A stretch of 64,000 nt of DNA from Bacteroidota bacterium (GTDB lineage Bacteria > Bacteroidota > Bacteroidia > Bacteroidales > UBA4417). The stretch spans positions 294,957-358,956 of the forward strand of contig JACAAZ010000001.1 in the NCBI GenBank assembly GCA_013376995.1, in the 5' to 3' direction. Both the position numbers and the translations under genes were made by a program. Below, piece after piece: positions 39,101-45,978 of the stretch (positions are counted from its first letter, which is position 1; every line of letters starts with the position of its first letter). A model generated the notes under the pieces. The model did no database searches. It worked only from the letters and a program-made list of their open reading frames with translations, and had not been told where the DNA came from.

Positions 39101-39196
39101 AATTGAAGCAATCGCTTAATAACTACCTGGCATAATCGATTGTACTACTTATACAGCCCTGATCATTATACCTTTTCCTGACAAAAATTCCTGACC

Positions 39197-39811
39197 ATGC
39201 TCCTGAAGATCTACCCCGAGAATCCTGATGAACGAGCCATACGGAAAGTGATAGAATGCCTGAAAGACGGAGGGATCATCATCTACCCCACGGATACCAT
39301 TTATGGTATTGGATGCGATATCTTCAAGAGTAAAACGGTGGAACGCATTGCTGAATTAAGAGGAATCAAGCCCGGCAAATCGAACTTCTCCTTCATTTGT
39401 CACGACATGAGTCAATTGTCGGAATTTGTAAGGCCGATCGACAATCATACCTTTAAGATCATGAAGGCCAACCTGCCGGGGCCCTTTACTTTCATCCTGG
39501 ATTCCAATAACAATGTGCCCAGGCACATACAGAGCAAACGTAAAACTGTTGGGATACGTATTCCGGATAATGACATAATCCGGTTGATTGTTAAAGAATT
39601 AGGTAACCCTATTATGTCGACATCAGTGCATGATGATGATGACATCCTGGAATATACCACGGATCCTGAACTCATTTATGAAAAGTTCCAGGACAAGGTG
39701 GATATAGTGATTGACGGGGGCTACGGTGGTAATATTCCTTCAACAGTTGTGGATTGTACGCAGGGAGAACTTATGGTTACCCGTGAAGGGAAAGGTGAAT
39801 TGATCTATTAA
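39197..39811 (+). CDS. tsaC: L-threonylcarbamoyladenylate synthase (YrdC/TsaC/Sua5 family)
   Basis: 204 aa with IIYPTDTIYGIGCD and SVHDDDD...STVVDCT, consistent with the YrdC fold. Confidence 0.85.
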   Translation: MLLKIYPENPDERAIRKVIECLKDGGIIIYPTDTIYGIGCDIFKSKTVERIAELRGIKPGKSNFSFICHDMSQLSEFVRPIDNHTFKIMKANLPGPFTFILDSNNNVPRHIQSKRKTVGIRIPDNDIIRLIVKELGNPIMSTSVHDDDDILEYTTDPELIYEKFQDKVDIVIDGGYGGNIPSTVVDCTQGELMVTREGKGELIY

Positions 39812-39826
39812 AGCGGTTTTTGGCCA

Positions 39827-39923
39827 GTCATATAATGGTCATACAATAGTCATTCAATGGTCATACAATGGTCATTTCCGCCAGCTGGCGGATCATTCGA
39901 TAGTCATACTATGGTCATACAAT
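39827..39923. repeat. 11-bp-period tandem array, block 1 (about 8 units of GTCATACAATG), interrupted by a 16-nt perfect palindrome
   Basis: Units read agtcatataatg gtcatacaata gtcattcaatg gtcatacaatg gtcatt, then the palindrome tccgccagctggcgga, then tcattcgata gtcatactatg gtcatacaatt. Confidence 0.9.
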
Positions 39924-40023
39924 TGATAAGGCATTGCGCTTAGGGCTAAGAGCATATCGGCACGAGTAATAGCTATCAGTTAAATCAGTGAAATCAGCGT
40001 CTGAAACAAGTGCCGGGGTGGGG

Positions 40024-40110
40024 GCATTCAATTGTCATACAATGGTCATACGATAGTCATTCAATGGTCATTCAATGGTCATACAATAGTCATACAATGG
40101 TCATTCGATG
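40024..40110. repeat. 11-bp-period tandem array, block 2 (about 8 units of GTCAT[AT]C[AG]AT[GA])
   Basis: Units read gcattcaatt gtcatacaatg gtcatacgata gtcattcaatg gtcattcaatg gtcatacaata gtcatacaatg gtcattcgatg. Same orientation as block 1, 100 bp away. Confidence 0.9.
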
Positions 40111-40132
40111 GCGAAGGGAAAGATACCAATGA

Positions 40133-40330
40133 CTTGAAATATGAAGTAGGAAGCTGGAAGCCGGAAGTAAAACATAAGAAGTAAGAAGTAAGGCTTAGGA
40201 AGTGTTACGGGGTCAATAACCCAATCTCTAATAACAATTACGAATCACTAATAATCAATAGCCAATCACTAATAACCAATAACTATCAACTCAAAACCAA
40301 CAGCCAAACGCTGCTATCAATCAACGTCTT
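40133..40330. repeat. Two adjacent strand-biased low-complexity tracts: purine-rich GAAGTA-type, then an almost G-free AATCACTAATAA-type
   Basis: 40133-40205 reads gaagtaggaagctggaagccggaagtaaaacataagaagtaagaagtaagg. 40213-40330 reads aatcactaataatcaatagccaatcactaataaccaataac... with almost no G. Confidence 0.8.
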
Positions 40331-40374
40331 ACGGTTTTTTTTAGATCAGGGCTTGGAAATGCGGGAAATAGTGC

Positions 40375-40382
40375 TAATTTTG
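40375..40382 (+). promoter_or_regulatory. -7 promoter box (TAATTTTG) of tRNA-Lys
   Basis: TAnnTTTG match 20 nt upstream of the mature tRNA 5' end. Confidence 0.5.
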
Positions 40383-40401
40383 CGCCCTCAAAATCAAGGA
40401 T

Positions 40402-40474
40402 GATTCGCTAGCTCAGTAGGTAGAGCACATCCCTTTTAAGGATGGGGTCTTGGGTTCGAATCCCAAGCGGATCA
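40402..40474 (+). tRNA. tRNA-Lys (anticodon UUU)
   Basis: Folded by hand. Acceptor stem gattcgc/gcggatc (one G-U pair); D arm gctc-agtaggta-gagc; anticodon stem catcc/ggatg with loop cTTTTaa; variable loop gggtc; T arm ttggg-ttcgaat-cccaa; discriminator A. No encoded CCA. Confidence 0.92.
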
Positions 40475-40489
40475 CACAATAAATGAAAA

Positions 40490-40523
40490 CGTCTGTAAAT
40501 TTTATGTTTACAGGCGTTTTTTG
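40490..40523 (+). terminator. Rho-independent terminator after tRNA-Lys
   Basis: 10-bp stem cgtctgtaaa / tttacaggcg (one G-U pair) followed by tttttt. Confidence 0.7.
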
Positions 40524-41185
40524 TTTGCTATCCTTATAAGTTTCAATCTGAACAGGAATTGATATAAATATTCTAATCTAATCTTTAATTCACCGGACAG
40601 AAAACCCAAGTGTCTTTTCATGACTGGCATCATAACTACTAGTTTCTGTGTACACAAAATCCCTTGAATTTGATGTGTATTCATTGAGTTGTGATGAACT
40701 CCAAATGTATGCGCAACAAAGTTGCCAGCAAAAGAAACCATAGCTTGGATAATCGCATCTCCTACTACTGGTAAGAATACAAATAATTCAACCAAAATTA
40801 TGAAGAACTTAAAATCAACTGAAAATACATATGCGAATTTAATGCATTCTTGATTAAATACCTGTTTGCCTTCGGGAACCTTCGTGTTATTGTGTCCGCC
40901 AGCCGGAGGATGGCAAGATCTGCCACGAAGACACCAAGCCACTAAGAAATCACAAAGAAAATTCCAGGGAGTAACTGATATACTTGAGGTGATAAAGTCA
41001 GACCTGTTGAATCAAGATATGTAACTCAATTCCCAAAAGCCTTTTTGTATGAAAGGAAGCAAGTAAACAACATATTTAAGATGATTCTCGTAATGTATTT
41101 CGCACCTCCCGGAACGGCCCTTCTTTTTGATTGGCCGTTTCGCTTTTAATGAACTAAATTAACTACTCATTGATTGCAATTTGAT

Positions 41186-41430
41186 TACAATGCATAGTAA
41201 TCTGAGTTCAATGCAAAGTGAGGGGCTTATCAATGAAGAGTGAGTTGATATCAATGCAGAGTAAGTTGGCTTCAATGCAAGGTAACATGCTCTCAATTGA
41301 GTGTAATGTGTTGTCAATGGAGTGCAATTTGAATATCAATGCAGAGTAAGATGACATCAATGCAGAGTAAGATGATATCAATGCAGAGTAAGATGATATC
41401 AATGCAGGGTAAGAAGACTTCAATTTACAC
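41186..41430. repeat. 21-bp tandem array, about 11 units (TCAATGCAGAGTAAGATGATA consensus)
   Basis: Units counted from 41208. The three central units are identical or differ at one position, and the outer units become progressively more degenerate. A further degenerate unit lies at 41186-41207. Confidence 0.92.
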
Positions 41431-41700
41431 TTTTTTGAGCTGAAATGTATGGTAATACCAGTGTATTCTATTTTAGGAAGCCAGCCAACTTACAATTAAT
41501 AAGCCTATTCTGTAAAATTTCTTCTCCCCGCTGGTGCGCTCTGTGTATCCGTTCATCCGGTATCAATAGCCGTAAACTAAATGGTCCGGTGATCCTGGCA
41601 TTTTTTCAAGGGAATGACTCTTGCAACACCCTATCCTTTTGTATATTAGTACATTGTACGGCATTCACTTAGTATTCATTTTTCATTAAATCATTTTATC

Positions 41701-42627
41701 ATGAACTCACAACTTATTGCACGCCTTAAAATGTACCAGGTCATGGCCGACCTGCTCAGCGAAAATGCTGAAATCACGCAAACCTTGCCAGGTTTTCCCG
41801 ATTTGCTTCTTACACTTCAGCAAAAAATCGGGTTACTGAAAGAGGATGTGAAGAATCAATCCGGAAATACAAATGGTATCGCCTATGCCAAGAAAAAAGA
41901 CAGGGATGAACTTATTAAGTCAGCCCTTGAACTCTCAAGGAAGATTACAGCTTATGCTTCCATGAATGGGAATGAATTGCTGTCCAGAAATTCGAAAATT
42001 TCCCACTCTACCCTTTCCAGGAAACTGGATCATGAACTTGCCGGCTATTGCCTGAATCTCTGTGAATCTGCACTCACAATGCTTGAACAGCTACAGCCCT
42101 ATTCTGTAACGGAAGAAGAAGTTAAAGCAATTAAACAGCTTGCTGATGAATTCTTCTATATGATTCCAAAACCCAAAGAAGCCAAGAATCAATTGAAACA
42201 AAGCCATGATTCCGTAAAACGCCTGATCAGTGAAACAGATGTTGTACTGAAGAAAATGGATATTCTGCTTCAGATTTTGCGTAATACCAATTCCGGCTTT
42301 TATGAGAAATACCTGGCTGCCCGGAAAATCTTCCTGCATGGGGGAAAGAAAATCAGCATGAAAGGTATTGTCAAAGATGCCAGAACCCAAACCGGGCTTA
42401 GTGGGGTCGTGGTCGAATTTACACATCCCAACGGAGGCGGAAATGGATATTTGGAAGTCATACTAAAAAAGAAGACATCCTCATTGGGCGGATTCACTAT
42501 TCAGTCATTGGAAGCAGGAACTTACCAGGCAGTTGCCAGCAAAGCAGGTTATGAGTCACAAACCCTGCCGGTTTTCATCAACGATGGTGAATTGTTCCAC
42601 CTGAACTTCAACCTCAATCCTTTATAA
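41701..42627 (+). CDS. Hypothetical protein with C-terminal carboxypeptidase-regulatory-like (CarboxypepD_reg) beta-sandwich domain
   Basis: 308 aa. The first roughly 220 aa are helical with no signal peptide. The C-terminal segment MKGIVKDARTQTGLSGVVVEF...GGFTIQSLEAGTYQAVASKAGYESQTLPV fits the CarboxypepD_reg pattern. Confidence 0.6.
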   Translation: MNSQLIARLKMYQVMADLLSENAEITQTLPGFPDLLLTLQQKIGLLKEDVKNQSGNTNGIAYAKKKDRDELIKSALELSRKITAYASMNGNELLSRNSKISHSTLSRKLDHELAGYCLNLCESALTMLEQLQPYSVTEEEVKAIKQLADEFFYMIPKPKEAKNQLKQSHDSVKRLISETDVVLKKMDILLQILRNTNSGFYEKYLAARKIFLHGGKKISMKGIVKDARTQTGLSGVVVEFTHPNGGGNGYLEVILKKKTSSLGGFTIQSLEAGTYQAVASKAGYESQTLPVFINDGELFHLNFNLNPL

Positions 42628-42664
42628 CAAATATCCTTATCAGATTATTTTTTTGAATGCCGGG

Positions 42665-42696
42665 AAAGCCTCCAGTAGTTATGAGAGGCTTTTTTC
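42665..42696 (+). terminator. Rho-independent terminator after the 41701..42627 gene
   Basis: Stem aaagcctc / gaggcttt with a 12-nt loop, followed by ttttt. Confidence 0.65.
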
Positions 42697-42745
42697 GTGC
42701 AGAAGGGTTTTAGGGTTTTAGGGTTTAGCTGACGGACCAAATTAA

Positions 42746-43369
42746 TCACTTCACCCCTCCCCTTTCTCTAATCACCTTTAACAACCTCAGTGGTATATCC
42801 ACAATAATCATATTATACAGCCAGGAAGGCACCTCACCACCTGGATTTATAAAACCTTCCAGTGTAACTTGCACAATCCCGTTCTTCATGGGGAGGATCG
42901 TCCATTTCTGATGGAAATTCGTTACCCTTACCATATCCGGATTTAAAGGCACCACATTAAGGAGTTGTTTGGATGCAACTACTTTAGCGCCGGTGGCAGG
43001 ATCATCCGAAATATGTACTTCTGCAACCAGGTCGCGGTTTGTTAATGGCCAGGGTGCATCATAAATAAAGTAATAACGAATCAGCTTGTCCTTTTCATAT
43101 GCAAGCACACGTATGTCTTTTACATCATCACCCCACCAGTCCTGTTTTGTAGGATCACCAACCAGCGAACACACTTTTTCGAAGTTCCCTCTGAACTCAG
43201 TTTCACCGTGAAAGGATTTGAATGCACTGTTAGCCTCCTGCCTTAAATAAAGCCGGATACCTTCCTTTTCTTTAACAAATTGCCAGGGTTGGGAATATGA
43301 AAATGAAATTGTTAGTAGTTGCAGAGAAGCAGAAAGACTGAAACACAGGAGTATATATCGCATTTTCAA
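42746..43369 (-). CDS. Secreted START / SRPBCC lipid-binding domain protein
   Basis: Signal peptide MKMRYILLCFSLSASLQLLTISFSYSQ, then a START-like pattern (FKSFHGETEF...RYYFIYDAPWPLTNRDLV...GGEVPSWLYN). Confidence 0.7.
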   Translation of the reverse strand: MKMRYILLCFSLSASLQLLTISFSYSQPWQFVKEKEGIRLYLRQEANSAFKSFHGETEFRGNFEKVCSLVGDPTKQDWWGDDVKDIRVLAYEKDKLIRYYFIYDAPWPLTNRDLVAEVHISDDPATGAKVVASKQLLNVVPLNPDMVRVTNFHQKWTILPMKNGIVQVTLEGFINPGGEVPSWLYNMIIVDIPLRLLKVIRERGGVK

Positions 43370-43378
43370 ACGAGTTAT

Positions 43379-44272
43379 TTAGTTATTCCACATGCCGGCA
43401 GTGATGACGCCACCTGTGCCAAAGCTGCAGAGCAAAACTTTTTTATTCTTAATAGTGTCCTTTATGGAATTGAGAGCAACACCCACAGAAGCAACACCAA
43501 TATTCCCGGTCTGCTCAACCACATTGATAAACTCTACCTTGTGTTTTTTGAATACCCCTGATAGATGTTCCAGGATTGAGGGATTCACCTGGTGGAGGAT
43601 CATAATATCAGGTTTACCTGATTTTTGGATAAAATCGAGATAGAATTGTTCAGCATTCCTAAGCAGTTTGATGGCAAGAAGGTTATTCATGCTAAGGCCC
43701 AGGTGTTTTCGAGGATCGGTAATGATAGTTTTGCTTTCTTTCATGATTACATTGTCGGCATCGTGTCCTAGTTTGATCTTCACTACTTCTGAAAGTCCTT
43801 TATACTGATGAGATTTCGAGAATGAAAGACCTTTGTCTGTATCCTGGTAGCAGATCAGGCAGGCAAAGGAACCATTCCCGAAAATACTGTTGATCCTGCT
43901 GGTGCGGGAGGTACTTTTACGGGCTGCATCAGCGCATACAACCATTACCGAGGATCGGTTCAGTTCCGCGAGCTGGCTGCCAAGGATAAGGGACGTGACT
44001 CCCCCGGCACATCCCTGCACTATATCTATGGCATGGCAATTTGAAAAAGCATGACTGAATTTCTCAATGATGGACTGCCCGAGTGATGGAGCTAAGGAGT
44101 CAGGACAGGTAGTGGCAACTATGAGGTGTGTAAGATTTTCCGGCAGTCCTTCCTGTACAAGGGATGATAAGGCTTTTTCAGCAAGTTGTAAGACCTGCCT
44201 GGGTTGTTCAGGAAGTTCCATTTTGCCGGAATACTCGGAATAGCCTATCATTTTATGAAAAACAGTTCCCAT
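43379..44272 (-). CDS. Beta-ketoacyl synthase III (FabH)-like condensing enzyme, divergent short form
   Basis: 297 aa with a candidate Cys-His-Asn triad: VQGCAGG, ILHQVNP, TGNIGVAS. A thiolase-fold C-terminal GTGG is present. It sits 9 nt upstream of the START gene. Confidence 0.7.
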   Translation of the reverse strand: MGTVFHKMIGYSEYSGKMELPEQPRQVLQLAEKALSSLVQEGLPENLTHLIVATTCPDSLAPSLGQSIIEKFSHAFSNCHAIDIVQGCAGGVTSLILGSQLAELNRSSVMVVCADAARKSTSRTSRINSIFGNGSFACLICYQDTDKGLSFSKSHQYKGLSEVVKIKLGHDADNVIMKESKTIITDPRKHLGLSMNNLLAIKLLRNAEQFYLDFIQKSGKPDIMILHQVNPSILEHLSGVFKKHKVEFINVVEQTGNIGVASVGVALNSIKDTIKNKKVLLCSFGTGGVITAGMWNN

Positions 44273-44520
44273 ATAAAAGAAGATGTAATTAAAGTGAATC
44301 TGAAATAAAAGTAACTAAATTACTATGATATCCAAATAACCTGCATTAAGCCAGATGTGTTCCAGGAAGAAAATATATGTATCAGATTGGATTCGGGTAC
44401 CTTCGAGTCAATTTACCTTCGAGGCTGTTTATTTGCCGCCGGCTTGAATGACTTTTTCGGATTCCGTGACCTGGCTTTCAACTAAAATACTACAAATCAC
44501 CTGTTTATTTAATTTGAATA

Positions 44521-44557
44521 ATACAAAAGCGCCTGCAAATGAATTATTTGCAGACGC
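44521..44557 (-). terminator. Rho-independent terminator of the 89-aa gene
   Basis: 12-bp stem gcgcctgcaaat / atttgcagacgc (one G-U pair), loop gaatt. A T-rich run follows on the minus strand. Confidence 0.65.
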
Positions 44558-44599
44558 ATTTGTGTATTATTAGATAAACTTTAATAAATAAAGAGGCGG

Positions 44600-44869
44600 T
44601 TAAATTTTACTTAAAATTTTAACTTCCGGCATCCCTATCACTCCACCTTTTTCCATTGCAGCCTTCAATTCCGGATTTGTCATGAAACTATGCAGCGCTT
44701 CCACACTGGGAACTTCACCAATTAAGGTTATTTTATTTGGATTATCAACAGAATGATACAGACTATGAATATTGAAACCTGCTTTGGTTCGATTCACTTC
44801 ATCAGCATCAAACACTTTTTTCCAGTCAGAATAATTCCTGACTTCATGCGACAATATTGCTGTTACCAT
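44600..44869 (-). CDS. Small (89 aa) cytoplasmic protein of unknown function, DUF3764-like pattern
   Basis: WKKVFDADEVNRTKAGFNIHSLYHSVDNPNKITLIGEVPS...F resembles small ferredoxin-fold stress or unknown-function proteins. The gene has its own terminator. Confidence 0.5.
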   Translation of the reverse strand: MVTAILSHEVRNYSDWKKVFDADEVNRTKAGFNIHSLYHSVDNPNKITLIGEVPSVEALHSFMTNPELKAAMEKGGVIGMPEVKILSKI

Positions 44870-45122
44870 TTTATAAAGATTTAGGATTCTTACTCATTTG
44901 GCTTTTTATAAACGCCCCGTTTATTAAAGAGGGTTCTGGACTCCTCTCATGATTGATAATCAGAATTATAGAAAAAAAATTTGAATCCTGAACAAGTTCA
45001 CAAACTGCGATATATATAACAATCGAAATGTATTAAATGTTATTATAAATCGGAAAATGAAACAGAAGAAAAGAATATTAATCATCCTGGATGAAATTCA
45101 TGGTTATAAAACTCATGTAGCT

Positions 45123-45157
45123 AAAAAAACCTGTTGATAATTAGAATATCAGCAGGT
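45123..45157 (-). terminator. Rho-independent terminator of the dockerin-like ORF
   Basis: On the minus strand: acctgctgata - loop - tatcaacaggt, followed by ttttttt. Confidence 0.65.
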
Positions 45158-45192
45158 TATACAGCATAATTAATAATGATGAAATTTAGCTT

Positions 45193-45528
45193 TTAGGGTC
45201 TGATAGCCATTACGACAATTGTCGAGTTATTGTCCACTGTTGCCATATCAGTACCATCTACAATACCATCTCCATTGATATCTTCGGAGTTGTAGCCGAA
45301 TAGAAGGAGAGTACTTGCATTATCGATGGAGGCCATATCTGAACCATCAACCACACTATCCTGGTTCGCATCTCCTCCATAAATTGCATAAACACTTCCC
45401 ATTTGTAACTGGTTACTGCCAAAAGCCTGAGCAGCCGACGTGCTGAAATTATAATTGATTGTATTTCCTGCAAAAGATACCGGTACAGCACTCCAGGTCT
45501 CAATACTGTTCCTGTGTTTCACAGTCAA
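45193..45528 (-). pseudogene. Dockerin-type Ca-binding repeat ORF, probably the 3' remnant of a larger secreted-protein gene
   Basis: Two EF-hand-like dockerin loops are present (GDANQDSVVDGSDMASIDN and DINGDGIVDGTDMATVDN). There is no signal peptide, only a TTG start, and only 111 nt of non-coding DNA upstream before the divergent tatA. Confidence 0.4.
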
Positions 45529-45639
45529 TTCTGCACTAAATAATTTGCTTTACCAGAATTTAAATCATGAACAACAGCTAAGAGTTTAATAGTTGAATTA
45601 CATTTGCATAGTAATAAACAAATCTAAAAATCTCATTAA

Positions 45640-45816
45640 ATGGAAGGAATAAGTTTTCAGCACATCCTTTTAATACTGGTCATCGTTTTGTTACTCTTTG
45701 GCGGGAAAAAGATTCCTGAACTCATGAAAGGCCTTGGAAGTGGAATCAGGCAGTTCAAGGACGGTATGAATGGCAACGACCACGACAAAAAGCCTGACAG
45801 CGATACGGCAAAATAA
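45640..45816 (+). CDS. tatA: Twin-arginine translocase subunit TatA/E (58 aa)
   Basis: Below the 60-aa cut-off of the ORF track. My translation is [58 protein letters not shown]. The TM helix, FGxKK(I/L)PEL hinge and amphipathic helix are diagnostic. Confidence 0.85.
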   Translation: MEGISFQHILLILVIVLLLFGGKKIPELMKGLGSGIRQFKDGMNGNDHDKKPDSDTAK

Positions 45817-45910
45817 AAAGGAATATTTGACAAACTATTATTGGAAAATATCCAAGAATACTCTGTTTTAATCCAGAACTGTTTCAAACCATAACAGTTT
45901 GTTGAAAATT

Positions 45911-45946
45911 AAAACCGCTTAATCAATTGATGATTAAGCGGTTTTA
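45911..45946. terminator. Bidirectional rho-independent terminator between tatA and the convergent cytochrome operon
   Basis: Perfect 11-bp stem ccgcttaatca / tgattaagcgg with an A-run before it and a T-run after it. Confidence 0.75.
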
Positions 45947-45978
45947 ATTGAAATAAATCTATTATCTATCTGCTGTCA

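Noticed and set aside
39877-39892. Possible repeat family linking the palindrome TCCGCCAGCTGGCGGA to tccgccagccggagga at about 40893
   Set aside because: The shared stretch is only 9 nt. By my estimate such a match is expected about 0.5 times by chance in this window.
40402-40474. tRNA-Lys as the attachment site of an integrated island
   Set aside because: I found no integrase and no downstream direct repeat of the tRNA 3' end. The genes beyond 41.7 kb show no obvious compositional or functional island character.
40508-40942. 144-codon minus-strand ORF next to tRNA-Lys
   Set aside because: Its 3' end reads through the tRNA terminator hairpin. The N-terminal third is Cys/His/Gly/Pro-rich and unlike a folded protein. 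It has no recognisable motif and a GTG start. The evidence is insufficient to call a CDS.
41208-41423. 71-codon minus-strand ORF (MKSSYPALISSYSALISSYSALMSSYS...) listed in the ORF track
   Set aside because: It lies entirely within the 21-bp tandem array. The frame stays open only because 21 is a multiple of 3, the start is TTG, and the peptide is pure repeat. It is treated as a DNA repeat, not a gene, and is flagged in the findings in case Ribo-seq shows otherwise.
39827-41430. Possibility that the short-period arrays are CRISPR arrays
   Set aside because: The units are 11-21 bp and directly abutting, with no unique spacers. No cas genes or leader are present, and the repeats are not palindromic in the CRISPR manner.
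41445-41672. 75-codon plus-strand ORF between the 21-bp array and the 41701 gene
   Set aside because: Its Cys-rich, low-complexity translation has no motif. It probably represents the promoter or 5' UTR region of the downstream gene.
42705-42728. Telomere-like GGGTTTTA GGGTTTTA GGGTTTAG triple repeat
   Set aside because: There are only three G-runs, too few for an intramolecular G-quadruplex, and the repeat is 24 bp long. It sits just after a terminator and is most simply local slippage.
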